A stretch of DNA of 48,811 bases from Candidatus Poribacteria bacterium (GCA_046582655.1 JAYGDX010000307.1:1-48811); one strand, 5' to 3'; positions 38,777 to 48,665 are shown, numbered from the stretch's first letter. Made by a program: numbers and translations. The notes: a model not told the origin generated them from the sequence alone.

Positions 38777-40036
38777 GTGAGAAAATTACTTCTACTTTTG
38801 CTAGGTTTGTTGCTGCAGTTGATGTTTATTAATTCAATACTCGGACAAATCAACTATTCTGGCCATATTCAACTATACAAAATGATCCGTATATTGGATC
38901 AGACAGAAATATCTCTACCATTCAGACTGGTAGAGTATCAGCTGGGACTTTCCAAGGGAAATATAGACCTGATAACAAATACAGCCTTGGAGTACCGCTG
39001 GGCCAGCAGCGAAGCAAAAGTGGACGTACGGGAAGCCTATTTAGTTTGGTATCCGAGCTGGGGAGAAGTCAAACTGGGCAAACAGATCCATGCCTGGGGT
39101 GCAGCTGACGGGAATAATCCAACTGACAACTTGAATCCCTATGACTATTATTACATTTTTCTGCCTGGTTCGGATCGGAAAATCGGTGTTCTGTCAGCTA
39201 ATCTTAAATATTATTCCAACTGGTGGAATTTTGAGGCAGTTGTCACTCCTCAGCACACTAGCAATCGTGTCCCTTTCGACGAACCGGATTTTCCCCTTTC
39301 ACAGTTCACGGAATTTCTGGATCCGAGAGACCATGTAGTGGACGTTGAAAATCCATTTGAGTTTGGGGGGAAGTGGCAGATCAATCTGAAAAATGGTGAT
39401 TTATCCATTAGTGGTTTGACAGCTAGGGACCGGACTTTTTCGTTATTGGTCTATGATTTAGACCAAGATTTTTCCGTTATCCCTTACTTTGGTTACAGAA
39501 AAACTCAGGTACTGGGGCTGGATGGAGTCACTTTTTACCATGGCATCACTTTTCGCGGTGAGGTGGCTTATTTTAAAACCAGGAATGATTTAAGCGGGGA
39601 TTACACTCAACCAATCCCATTAGAGTCTGAAGCAGTATACGGACAATACGTATTCCAAGCAGAGTTTGCTGCCCCTTTCGATATAACTGTCTCAAGTCAA
39701 TTGCTTGGAAGTAAAATATTAAAAATGGATGGGGCCGCAGTCAACCAAACTACAATGATGGGTATGCCGTTTGCCATCATTGCCAACCGAGGCTTCCTAA
39801 TTTCATTGTCACGATCGTTCATGGATAATGTTTTGGAATTCAGCGGGTATACGTTTTACAATCTTGAGATGAATAGTTTCATGCTGGATGGAAAAATGGA
39901 TTATTTTCTTGATGAGAACTTGGCTGTTAATTTTGGCCTCACCCAGTTTTCCGGCAATGAAAACGAACCTGAAGATCGGTTCAATGATCTGGAAAGCTTT
40001 TCCCATGTTCAAGTTTCATTGAAATACAACTTCTAG
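38777..40036 (+). CDS. Outer-membrane beta-barrel protein (DUF1302-like)
   Basis: Signal peptide; VREAYL, VKLGKQIHAWGAADGNNPTDNLNP, FRGEVAY; C-terminal SLKYNF beta-signal. Confidence 0.85.
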   Translation: MRKLLLLLLGLLLQLMFINSILGQINYSGHIQLYKMIRILDQTEISLPFRLVEYQLGLSKGNIDLITNTALEYRWASSEAKVDVREAYLVWYPSWGEVKLGKQIHAWGAADGNNPTDNLNPYDYYYIFLPGSDRKIGVLSANLKYYSNWWNFEAVVTPQHTSNRVPFDEPDFPLSQFTEFLDPRDHVVDVENPFEFGGKWQINLKNGDLSISGLTARDRTFSLLVYDLDQDFSVIPYFGYRKTQVLGLDGVTFYHGITFRGEVAYFKTRNDLSGDYTQPIPLESEAVYGQYVFQAEFAAPFDITVSSQLLGSKILKMDGAAVNQTTMMGMPFAIIANRGFLISLSRSFMDNVLEFSGYTFYNLEMNSFMLDGKMDYFLDENLAVNFGLTQFSGNENEPEDRFNDLESFSHVQVSLKYNF

Positions 40037-40476
40037 AATTGATGATTCATCTATGGAGCACTTGACTGACAGTGTTAATTAAACTTAGAAACTGTTGAGG
40101 TGGGTGGGATAAGAGTAGTTACAGGATCCCATCTATATATTGTCTGGTGAGTAGTACTTCAAAAATTAATACGATTTCACGTGTGCGAACTTAATTTCTC
40201 AAACCGGCTTTACAAAGTAATCGTCTGGCAGGAAAATTAGAAATGCATTGGAGGCTATCGTAATAAGAACATTAATTCCTGTTAATCGGAGCTTGGGCTA
40301 TTTGTCATTGAGGGTAAAGTTGTGTAATCGTTACAAGTACTGGGCCAAGGTGTCAGTTGAGCAATTGCCTTACACTTGGCTGCAACGCGTCCGACCATCC
40401 CTAACCCTTCATAATTCATAAAATATTCTGACTTAAATACAAACAACTCAGCAAATGTGTACAATAGTAGGCGCCC

Positions 40477-41520
40477 CTACTGTACATCTGCAACGCAGCG
40501 AAAACTGATGACATAACTGAAATCAGTCTCCGGACGGCGCATGTCACGCCGAGCCACGTGCTGTTCAATCGCTTCTCTAAGGTAGCCTCCACCCCGCATC
40601 ACCTTATAGGTGCCGTTTTTAGGTCCTGTCGGATTTTTTCTTGGTGAACGTGTATAATAGCCACGACTATACCAATCGGCAGTCCACTCTGCAGCATTCC
40701 CAGCCATATCATAGAGACCATAGCCATTGGGAGTATAGCTCGCAACAGGGGCAAGAATAGCATGGCCATCATCTACATATAGAATACGGAAAATATCCTT
40801 GCCGGTGGCGCGGAACAGATCAGTATTCCGTAAAACCGCGTCTATACCATCAGGGCTATTTAACAATTTTAGGATAAGTTCCCTCTCGGCATCTGCTATG
40901 TCAGGCCTTCGCAATACTGCCTGACTATACAAGGATACCAAGTTGTAACCGATATACTCATAAATTGGATGCACGTTCTTATCTGCAAAGTTCGCTTGTG
41001 TTCCATCTAGTGAGTCATATCCCCATGGATATCTCTTGCCGACTAACCCACCACGCGCAGCGTATTCCCATTCAGCCTCAGTAGGTAACCGTTTACCTGC
41101 CCATTTGGCGTAAGCCTTGGCATCATACCAAGAAACATAAATGACTGGGTGCTGATCAGTAGGAGCTAATTTGGACAATTCGGTACCTTGGCCTGATGTC
41201 CGGAAGATATGCCCCGTTTCACTGGCAAACTTCTTGTACTTTCCTATAGTGACTTCGTGAATATCCATATAGAAGGCATCAAGTTCAACGGTGTGCACCG
41301 GACGCGGCGGATTTTCGCCACTTTGGCCTTCAAATTTCACTTTGGCTTCGGGATAAAGGTCCTGATCACCCATTTTAAAGGTGCCGGCAGGAATCAACCG
41401 CATGGTAGTTCCATCCTTTGGCCAGTAGACTTCCTGATCCATATCAGTTAGCTGATCCTCTCTCTCACAACCGAGAAGACAACAGAAAATTACTGTTAAT
41501 AGAGTCATGTTTTTCATCAT
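40477..41520 (-). CDS. FGE-sulfatase (SUMF1/EgtB/PvdO, C-type-lectin-fold) domain lipoprotein
   Basis: Lipobox [69 protein letters not shown]. Lacks the catalytic Cys pair of true FGE. Confidence 0.9.
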   Translation of the reverse strand: MMKNMTLLTVIFCCLLGCEREDQLTDMDQEVYWPKDGTTMRLIPAGTFKMGDQDLYPEAKVKFEGQSGENPPRPVHTVELDAFYMDIHEVTIGKYKKFASETGHIFRTSGQGTELSKLAPTDQHPVIYVSWYDAKAYAKWAGKRLPTEAEWEYAARGGLVGKRYPWGYDSLDGTQANFADKNVHPIYEYIGYNLVSLYSQAVLRRPDIADAERELILKLLNSPDGIDAVLRNTDLFRATGKDIFRILYVDDGHAILAPVASYTPNGYGLYDMAGNAAEWTADWYSRGYYTRSPRKNPTGPKNGTYKVMRGGGYLREAIEQHVARRDMRRPETDFSYVISFRCVADVQ

Positions 41521-41542
41521 TTTACCTCACAGAAAATATCCA

Positions 41543-41569
41543 GTAATCCCTGTTTGAGTTTGGGATTAC
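41543..41569. terminator. Hairpin between the MORN and FGE genes
   Basis: GTAATCCC-11 nt-GGGATTAC. Confidence 0.3.
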
Positions 41570-41651
41570 CGCAACCAATTCCACCACCACCATTTACCCC
41601 CTTGTGATCTTGTCAGATCTTCAATCCCAGATTATTTCAGAATCACCATAT

Positions 41652-42041
41652 TCAGTTAAAGGGAGGAAACTCATCCGGCTTAGCCCTAGCTCCATTCTTA
41701 TATGTGATCTTACGGTTCTTAGTCTTCCCGTCTTCATCATACAAGTACCATTCCCCTTGTTTCTTCCCATCAGAGGAATTGCCTTGATGCTGGCCATAAT
41801 AGCCTTCATAATGCCGTTTGCCATTCTCATAATAGGAAATGTAATGTCCTTCATTTAGACCATTTTTAAAGGTAGCTTCACTTTTATTATTTCCATTCTT
41901 GAAGTACTGAATCCAAAATTCCTCTTTCTGACCAACTTTGTAAGCACCTGCACTTCTCTGATTATCATTGGCATAGTAAGTAATCCAGTACCCTTCCTTT
42001 TTGCCATCAATGACTTGACCATCATTTAAACGCTCAGACAT
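41652..42041 (-). CDS. MORN-variant repeat protein (YwqK antitoxin-like)
   Basis: Repeats GKKEGYWITYYAN, GQKEEFWIQYFKNG, GLNEGHYISYYENG, GKKQGEWYLYDEDG; GGAG RBS. Confidence 0.8.
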   Translation of the reverse strand: MSERLNDGQVIDGKKEGYWITYYANDNQRSAGAYKVGQKEEFWIQYFKNGNNKSEATFKNGLNEGHYISYYENGKRHYEGYYGQHQGNSSDGKKQGEWYLYDEDGKTKNRKITYKNGARAKPDEFPPFN

Positions 42042-42053
42042 AAAAACTCCAAC

Positions 42054-42416
42054 CTACTTCAGAATAATCATCTTTTGTGTGAATATGGATGTATCTGTTC
42101 TCAAGGTATAGAAATAAGTGCCACTGGCCACTCTTTCACCTGTATTCGTCCTACCATCCCAATAGACAGCTCTTGATTGGCTGACATAGCTTCCTGTTTC
42201 TAAATACTCCACGCAGATGCTTCTAATCAGTGTTCCGGACACATCATAAATGGTTACTGACACCTTGCTATCTTGGCTAAGCTCAAAGGGTATCCATGTT
42301 TCAGGGTTGAAAGGGTTGGGGTAGTTGGGTAGCAGTCGCGTTTGTTCTGATAACCTCTCAGGCAGGATAGCTTTCAGCAGGTTGAATACCAGTTCTTCTG
42401 CATCTGCACTTGCCTT
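42054..42416 (-). pseudogene. Orphan T9SS-like/FlgD-Ig C-terminal sorting domain (5'-truncated gene)
   Basis: Open frame reads LLKAILPERLSEQTRLLPNYPNPFNPETWIPFELSQDSKVSVTIYDVSG...AVYWDGRTNTGERVASGTYFYTL...KMIILK*; in-frame TGA at 42419-42417 and no signal peptide or passenger domain. Confidence 0.8.
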
Positions 42417-42479
42417 TCATCCTTCCTAAATTACCACCAGTGCCGAGCCATTTGTGTCGCTATTGCGTTGCGCATAACC

Positions 42480-42623
42480 ACCTGTGCGTAATTCCCTTAG
42501 TTGGTCGATGTCCTGCACAACAGCCTTAGCCTATTCGATGGTCAAAAACTCAGGGCAAATCAGGTGGCCTTGATATTTAAAAGTAGCGTTCATCCGCTGT
42601 TAATCCGCCTGTTTCCATTCCAT
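42480..42623 (-). pseudogene. N-terminal remnant of a PhyH-family dioxygenase
   Basis: AGAAAGG RBS + ATG, then MEWKQAD*QRMNATFKYQGHLICPEFLTIE*AKAVVQDIDQL with two in-frame stops; matches the FxxxGYLxxPxFL PhyH N-terminus. Confidence 0.5.
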
Positions 42624-42657
42624 CCTTTCTAATTCTGCGTCTTGACAAAATAAAAAA

Positions 42658-44091
42658 TTAAAATTCTCGACCAGACACATATAGGTCGTAAGGATTGTTT
42701 TTCCATCCTTCCACGTCAACGATAGAATCGTTGGTTTGTCGCATCCAGTTGACCAACCGTTCTTTCATTTGTCTCAAAATGTGCTTGTAACCCAATTGGT
42801 CGGCTAAATTATGCAGTTCTCCCGGGTCGCTAACCATATCGTAGAGTTCGTCTTCGCTGTAGGGGTTATAGACGTACTTCCACGATTTGGTGCGTACCAT
42901 CCGCACTGAGGCTAGCGTTGATTCATAACCATGAAACTCAGCAAAAACATCGTCACGCCAGTCAGTTACCTCTTGGCTGGTCAAAAATGGACTCAGCGAT
43001 TGCCCGTCTAAATGGTCTGGCACTTTAGCTCCAGCCAACTCTAGGAAAGTTGGCATTAGATCGACAAGACTTACAAACTGCTCGCAAATTGATGCGTTTT
43101 GTGTTTTGCTTGAAGGACTGATAACTAGTGGAATACGGTGCGTTTCTTCGTACATGTGAAAACCCTTGTTAAACAGTCGATGGCTACCCAGCATGTCACC
43201 ATGGTCAGATGAAAAAACGATGACTGTATTTTCCCACTGTTCTGTTTCTTTTAGACAATCCAAAATCCGCTGAACTTGGTCGTCGATGTAGGTGCAGAAA
43301 CCCCAGTAGGCGGCAATTACCTTTTGCCAATCGACCCAAGTCAAATGGCTCGCATTCCAACGGAGCATCTCTTTCTGCTGAATCGACGGCTTGTTGATAA
43401 ACTGGTCATCGAAATTGTTCCATCTTTTAACCAAGTCTGGATCATACATTGTGTCGTATGGAGCTGGCACTGCATAGGGAAAGTGAGGACCGAAAAAATT
43501 GGCCGCAATCATAAAAGGCTGGTTACTATCGGCTGAAGCCGAAATTAGGTCAATAGCTTGATCGGCTACCCAAGCCTCCATCATCTTGTCCGCTGGCAGT
43601 TTAGCCCGCCCATAAAATGGGGCATCTCCACCCCACTCTAAGCGTTGCACCTCATCTCGAGCAATTTGGAAGTCAATCCCTTCAGCCCGTAACATCAGAT
43701 TCCAGTCGACAAATGGACGCCAGTTGTGAAAACCCCACTGTTGGGTATCGCCTTCCTTAGCTAAGTGCCACTTGCCGATACAACTGGTCTGATAACCGAC
43801 TTCAGCTAATAGTTGAGGGTAAACCATCTGAGACAAAACTTGGTCAGCAAAGGCTCCATTGAAATTACCCATATTCGCCAGTTGCCCATGGTTGTGTGCA
43901 TATAAACCTGTTAAAATCGAAGCACGAGCAGGAGAGCAGAGCGAAATGGGAGTATACGCGTGCGTAAACCGAACTCCGTTAGCAGCGATTTCGTCTACTG
44001 CTGGCGTTTGACACACGTCTGCTCCATTGCAACTTAGAGCATCATACCTTTGTTGGTCTGTTAGTAATAAGAGGATGTTGGGTTGTTCCAT
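42658..44091 (-). CDS. Formylglycine-dependent sulfatase (S1, choline-sulfatase-like)
   Basis: PNILLLLTDQQR, canonical CSPARASILTG, GKWH, GPHFPY, SDHGDMLGSH, ELYDMVSDPGELHNL. Confidence 0.95.
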   Translation of the reverse strand: MEQPNILLLLTDQQRYDALSCNGADVCQTPAVDEIAANGVRFTHAYTPISLCSPARASILTGLYAHNHGQLANMGNFNGAFADQVLSQMVYPQLLAEVGYQTSCIGKWHLAKEGDTQQWGFHNWRPFVDWNLMLRAEGIDFQIARDEVQRLEWGGDAPFYGRAKLPADKMMEAWVADQAIDLISASADSNQPFMIAANFFGPHFPYAVPAPYDTMYDPDLVKRWNNFDDQFINKPSIQQKEMLRWNASHLTWVDWQKVIAAYWGFCTYIDDQVQRILDCLKETEQWENTVIVFSSDHGDMLGSHRLFNKGFHMYEETHRIPLVISPSSKTQNASICEQFVSLVDLMPTFLELAGAKVPDHLDGQSLSPFLTSQEVTDWRDDVFAEFHGYESTLASVRMVRTKSWKYVYNPYSEDELYDMVSDPGELHNLADQLGYKHILRQMKERLVNWMRQTNDSIVDVEGWKNNPYDLYVSGREF

Positions 44092-44314
44092 ATCTGTTAG
44101 CTCAGACTAACCATTTAGGCGATTTCAAGGGTGAACATTAGCAATAAATTGAGCAGCCGAATGGCTTACCAAAACAAACCAACTATACTATTGTAGCCGC
44201 ATTTATTTGGGCAAGAATTTAGCTTTATTAGCGGTAATTTCCCTAACCGACCGTAAGCTGGTAGAGGTAAGAAATTATATTATGGCTGTCAGGTGTGTAA
44301 ACTGCCACAGTAAC

Positions 44315-44530
44315 CTAGGCAGATCCAGAATCTGTAACCTGCTCAAGGGTTTTTAACTGGTCGCGGATATCTGTGTTTTCCTGCGCCAGATCGTCCAACA
44401 GTTTCTGGATGTCAGCTAACTCTAGTTTCAGCTGATCCTGAAGCAGGCCTAGCGTTTCACTTGAACCAACTTTTCCCTGCTGTTCTAATTGGCTCAGCGT
44501 CCCTGTAATCAGGTTTATCTTCACAAACAT
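44315..44530 (-). CDS. Small coiled-coil hypothetical protein or gene fragment
   Basis: 71-aa ORF with heptad Leu pattern; GAG upstream of ATG. Confidence 0.35.
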   Translation of the reverse strand: MFVKINLITGTLSQLEQQGKVGSSETLGLLQDQLKLELADIQKLLDDLAQENTDIRDQLKTLEQVTDSGSA

Positions 44531-44549
44531 CGTTATCTCGACGATCTAT

Positions 44550-44672
44550 TTAGACCAATCCACGTCGCTTGCGAAGAACCACTCAGTCCCCAGTAAGCCG
44601 ACGACCAGAATCAGAATTAGCGGATGGTCCCAAAGTTGATGGGCTACGATTTCGAAAACGGCTGAGGTTACA
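44550..44672 (-). pseudogene. C-terminal remnant of a membrane-anchored (vWA/GATase-associated-type) protein
   Basis: Minus strand reads HQLWDHPLILILVVGLLGTEWF / (frameshift) RKRRGLV*, the typical LWD...LLxxEWxLRKRxGL terminus; it begins right after the cadA stop. Confidence 0.55.
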
Positions 44673-44707
44673 TGAAATCCGACGGTTTTTTCGCGGCAAC
44701 AACTCAA

Positions 44708-46786
44708 TTATCTCAACGCTCGCGTCGCATTCAAAATCGCAACCAACGCCACGCCCATATCCGCAAAGACCGCGCCCCACATAGTTGCGATCCCAACGAG
44801 ACTGAGTACGACAAACACACCTTTGACGGCAAAAGCCAGCCCGATATTCTCCCAGACGATTCGGCGGGTTTTTCTGCCAACCGCTATCGCTTCAGCGACT
44901 TTCGAGGGGCTATCTGTCATTATGACGACATCGGCGGTGTCAATTGCCGCATCCGAGCCAACACCGCCCATCGCGATGCCAACATCGGCTCTGGCAATTG
45001 CCGGGGCGTCGTTGATGCCATCGCCAACAAAGGCAATCTTATCGCCCTTTCCGGCTTGCTCAATCAGTTTCTCGATCGCACTCACCTTATCTTCGGGGAG
45101 TAACTCAGCCAGGTAGTCGTCCAAACCGAGTTGTTGAACGACACTTTCAGAGGCCAGTTGAGTGTCGCCGGTCAACATGATAGTCTTCTCAATTCCAAGG
45201 GCTTTCAGGTTACGAATCGCCTGTATCGCATCTTCCCTAATCTCATCGGCGATGACAATATACCCCGCATATAGATTATCAACAGCAAGGTAAACGACGG
45301 TTCCATCGACTTTACAGAGGTCGTGGTCAATAGCATTTGCATGCAACAAGGCGTCATTTCCCACGAGAATGACCTGATTGTTTACCTTCGCCCGAACCCC
45401 GCATCCCGAAATCTCTTGGTAGTCCGAAACCGGAGAGATGTCCCCACGATATGCCTCTCGAATCGATTGGGCAATCGGGTGATTAGATTGCGATTCGACG
45501 ACCGCAGCCAGTCGAAGGAGTTCTGCTTCGGAGAAACCGTTCTTTGGAACAATCTGCGTAATCCGAAACACGCCTTTGGTCAGGGTGCCCGTCTTGTCGA
45601 AGACAACAGTTTTGACTTGGGCGAGAACATCAAGGAAGTTGGAGCCTTTGACCAAAATCCCTCGCCGCGAGGCCCCGCCGACGCCACCAAAGTAGCCGAG
45701 CGGAATGCTGACGACCAGCGCACAGGGACAGGAGATGACAAGGAGTACCAGCGCACGATAAATCCATATTAAAAAACTCGCCCTCAGCAGTAACGGTGGG
45801 AGCAATGCAACTGCCAATGCACCAAACACCACAAAGGGTGTGTAGGATCTGGCAAAGGTTGTGATGAACTTCTCTGTCTCTGCTTTTTTGCCGGTTGCGT
45901 TCTCCACCAAATCTAAAATCTTGGCGATTGAGGATTCTGCAAGCAGCTTGGTGACTTTGACTGTCAGCGTTCCCTCTTTGTTAATCATGCCGGCTAAGAC
46001 GGTTTCGCCTACTTCTACGAGTCGCGGCACAGGTTCACCCGTCAGCGCAGAGGTATCCACCTGCGAACTTCCTGCGATCACCTCACCGTCCAGCGGAATC
46101 CTTTCGCCCGGCTTCACCAGAACCGTATCCCCAACTGTCACCTCCTCTGGTTTGACCTTTTGCAACTCTCCGCCAATCATCAAGTTAGCGGAATCAGGGC
46201 GGATTTCCAACAGCGACTTAACCGAGCGTCGAGAACGACTTACCGACAGGTCTTGGACGAACTCGCCGACCTGATAAAACAACATGACGGCCACGGCTTC
46301 GGGCAGTTCGTGAATCGCAGCCGCGCCAAGGGTCGCAACGGTCATCAAGAAGTTTTCGTCGAACACCTTTCCACGAAAGACATTCCGTCCTGCACTCGAT
46401 AGCACCGTCCACCCACTTAGCAGGTAGGCGGGGATAAAGACGAGGTATTCGCCGATGCTGTAGGGGGTTGCTTGAAGTTTGTTGTTGAAGATTAAGCCAA
46501 CGAAAAACAGAACCACCGCAATACCGACTAACACAAGTTCGCGCTTTATGTCGAAATCCGTGTCTTCGCCAGATTCGGCATCGGATTGTTCGACGATTTC
46601 GACATCGGGCTCAACCTGCTTGATGACGCGGCGAATCGCTTCGATAGGATTATCTGTGTCCAGTACAAGGATTGAAGCGGCGAAATTAAGTTCGACGGCG
46701 CGAACTCCACCCAGTTGTCTCAGGTTTTCCTCAATCTCCACCGCGCAGTTTGGGCAATCCAAATCCTTCAAGCGATATTTCTTCAC
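44708..46786 (-). CDS. cadA: Zn/Cd/Pb-translocating P1B-type ATPase
   Basis: N-terminal LDCPNC HMA motif, LTGEP, SCPCALVVS, DKTGTLT, SNHP, GDGINDAP, AVFADMG; AAGGAG RBS before GTG. Confidence 0.93.
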   Translation of the reverse strand: MKKYRLKDLDCPNCAVEIEENLRQLGGVRAVELNFAASILVLDTDNPIEAIRRVIKQVEPDVEIVEQSDAESGEDTDFDIKRELVLVGIAVVLFFVGLIFNNKLQATPYSIGEYLVFIPAYLLSGWTVLSSAGRNVFRGKVFDENFLMTVATLGAAAIHELPEAVAVMLFYQVGEFVQDLSVSRSRRSVKSLLEIRPDSANLMIGGELQKVKPEEVTVGDTVLVKPGERIPLDGEVIAGSSQVDTSALTGEPVPRLVEVGETVLAGMINKEGTLTVKVTKLLAESSIAKILDLVENATGKKAETEKFITTFARSYTPFVVFGALAVALLPPLLLRASFLIWIYRALVLLVISCPCALVVSIPLGYFGGVGGASRRGILVKGSNFLDVLAQVKTVVFDKTGTLTKGVFRITQIVPKNGFSEAELLRLAAVVESQSNHPIAQSIREAYRGDISPVSDYQEISGCGVRAKVNNQVILVGNDALLHANAIDHDLCKVDGTVVYLAVDNLYAGYIVIADEIREDAIQAIRNLKALGIEKTIMLTGDTQLASESVVQQLGLDDYLAELLPEDKVSAIEKLIEQAGKGDKIAFVGDGINDAPAIARADVGIAMGGVGSDAAIDTADVVIMTDSPSKVAEAIAVGRKTRRIVWENIGLAFAVKGVFVVLSLVGIATMWGAVFADMGVALVAILNATRALR

Positions 46787-47002
46787 CTTTACTCCTTATT
46801 AGTTTGGCACAGTGGCTTAGAGCTGAATTTTCCATTTGGCCCTCTTGTATCAGATTGGTCTCTTTTACAGTTAACCCTCTTTAGGCGACTAGGCAAATTT
46901 CCACTTAGTGAGCAGATTCACCCATACATGAGTTCACAGAGGCACTGATATAAGTTCAGGAAGCCAGTGCTTGACTGAACTGCAAACGCAAAAGATAGAA
47001 CT

Positions 47003-47342
47003 CTATAGTAGTTTGAGCAACTGTACTCCCTGATTAAGGATAAACAGTAGAATAAAGGCGATGCTTAGCGGCATCAGTCCGCTGAAAACGGTCCATTTCG
47101 ACGCTCTTGGTCTCTTTGTAAATAGTCAACATAGTCGTTGAACAGGGATTGTGCAGCAATGAAAAGAGCATCAGGCTGACCGCGGTCAGCAGCGTCCAGC
47201 CGTGCTGATCAACTAGCACTTGTTGCAGACTAAGACCAATGGAACTCAGATCTTCTATCATCATGCCGTGACCGATGTAAGCCATCAGAATGGTTGGTAC
47301 GACAATTTCATTGGCAGGTATAGCGATAATGTAGGCGAGCTA
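47003..47342 (-). pseudogene. feoB: Ferrous iron transporter FeoB C-terminal remnant
   Basis: [21 protein letters not shown]...[33 protein letters not shown] / (frameshift) [23 protein letters not shown]; the G-domain and most TMs are missing. Confidence 0.85.
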
Positions 47343-47413
47343 ACAAAATTGATAAGAAATATTTAATACCAGCAATTTTCTTCAATTCAGTTTTCTTTTC
47401 CAGGCTGGTCCTG

Positions 47414-48082
47414 CTATAGAATAGTGACAGAGATACTGCTGGCAACTTTTTGGCCAATGACAAGATCACCTGAATTACCACTCTCTAAATAGGAACGAAT
47501 CGTCATTAGCATGTCAAAAGGCGAAATTGATACTACTTCGATCTCAGTCTGTGGATAGAGTTTCAATTCTCCCAAATGGCGAAGCAGATCGGCATCCTCG
47601 TCTCTAACTTCGGCGATAATAGCACGATTTCCCACCTCCAACTCGGAGAGCTGGTAGACAGGCCTGTCATCGATTGTTCCATCCCGGCTGGGTATCTGCG
47701 CACCGTGAGGGTCTGCTGTTGGGTAACCCAATATTTCATCAATCCGATCTTCAAGGTCTTCTGATAAAATGTGTTCCCATTTTTCGGCTTCATCATGGAC
47801 TTTATCCCAAGGGACATTTAGTGCCTCGGCTAAATACAACTCAACCAACCGATGGTGTCGAATAACCTCTAAAGCAATTTTCTCACCGGGCGAGGTGAGA
47901 TTGACGCCTTGGTAGCGTTCGTGTCTTACCAAATTGGATGAGGCCAACTTCTTAATCATTCCCGTGGCAGAGGCCGGCTTAACCTTTAGGTATTCAGCTA
48001 AGGCTGAAGTTGTCACGAGGGAATCTCGAAGTTGTAATTTATAAATTGCTTTCAGATAATCTTCGACGGCTTGCGAACTCAT
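47414..48082 (-). CDS. mntR: DtxR/MntR family metal-dependent repressor with a C-terminal FeoA-like domain
   Basis: VEDYLKAIY, ASATGMIKKL, IRHHRLVELYL, VHDEAEKWEH, DPHGAQIP; FeoA-like tail. Confidence 0.93.
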   Translation of the reverse strand: MSSQAVEDYLKAIYKLQLRDSLVTTSALAEYLKVKPASATGMIKKLASSNLVRHERYQGVNLTSPGEKIALEVIRHHRLVELYLAEALNVPWDKVHDEAEKWEHILSEDLEDRIDEILGYPTADPHGAQIPSRDGTIDDRPVYQLSELEVGNRAIIAEVRDEDADLLRHLGELKLYPQTEIEVVSISPFDMLMTIRSYLESGNSGDLVIGQKVASSISVTIL

Positions 48083-48120
48083 TCAGCTTCCAAAAATCTA
48101 AATTTCACAGGATTAAAAAC

Positions 48121-48144
48121 ATAATTTAGCTACGCCTGAATTAT
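48121..48144. promoter_or_regulatory. Putative DtxR/MntR operator (autoregulatory)
   Basis: Imperfect palindrome ATAATTTAGCTACGCCTGAATTAT resembling TTAG-N-CTAA DtxR/TroR boxes; overlaps the -10 element and start site. Confidence 0.65.
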
Positions 48145-48168
48145 ATTTCAGGCAAAAAGCATTGTCAA
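48140..48168 (-). promoter_or_regulatory. Consensus sigma70 promoter of mntR
   Basis: On the minus strand: TTGACA (48168-48163), 17-nt spacer, TATAAT (48145-48140), a perfect consensus. Confidence 0.85.
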
Positions 48169-48191
48169 GGGCTTTATCCCATTCAAACAAA

Positions 48192-48222
48192 AAAGTGGGT
48201 GTTCAAACTGAACATTCACTTT
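48192..48222. terminator. Hairpin, probable intrinsic terminator
   Basis: AAAGTGGGTGTTCA-AAC-TGAACATTCACTTT with an A-run on the left flank. Confidence 0.5.
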
Positions 48223-48275
48223 GTCGCTGGTAGATCTAAAAGCAGTAGACCCAATTGCAGGACAGGCCTGAACAA

Positions 48276-48400
48276 TCAGGATAGATTCAGCTCAACCGCT
48301 TTGCCGCTATACATCGATTGGTAAACTGCATCGATCACGCACATCTGGTCAAGGTTATTTTCGGGCGGATTCGGTGGGGTTGCCCCGTTGCCAGACAGTC
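48276..48400 (-). pseudogene. Gfo/Idh/MocA oxidoreductase C-terminal remnant
   Basis: DCLATGQPH / ENNLDQMCVIDAVYQSMYSGKAVELNLS*, the typical C-terminal helix of the family. Confidence 0.55.
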
Positions 48401-48482
48401 ACATATATGTTGGAGTTGGCGAGTAAATTGGAAGGAGGGTTCGAAGTCGAAGTCCTCGCTATGCTGAGGAGTACGCAATTCA

Positions 48483-48665
48483 AGTCATATTACTTGTGAA
48501 AGTCTTCGAATCGAAGATATTGATGGTAGTTCAAAGGGAGTATTTAGGCTGGGTGATGATGGTGGTGTACTTGCAATGCATGGTGATGATCTAAGTCATA
48601 AAGTTGCATACTTGGATAGGAATGCAACAAAAAATAATGAAATTTTTTTCTCCAATCAAAATTAA
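48483..48665 (+). pseudogene. Fragment of a hypothetical protein
   Basis: Start-less frame SHITCESLRIEDIDGSSKGVFRLGDDGGVLAMHGDD... looks protein-like; bounded by stops. Confidence 0.25.

Noticed and set aside
40282..40464. 60-aa ORF downstream of the FGE gene
   Set aside because: No recognisable motif; lies in a degraded convergent gap.
40477..44091. FGE-domain gene as maturase for the neighbouring sulfatase
   Set aside because: It has a lipoprotein signal and lacks the catalytic cysteine pair of formylglycine-generating enzymes.
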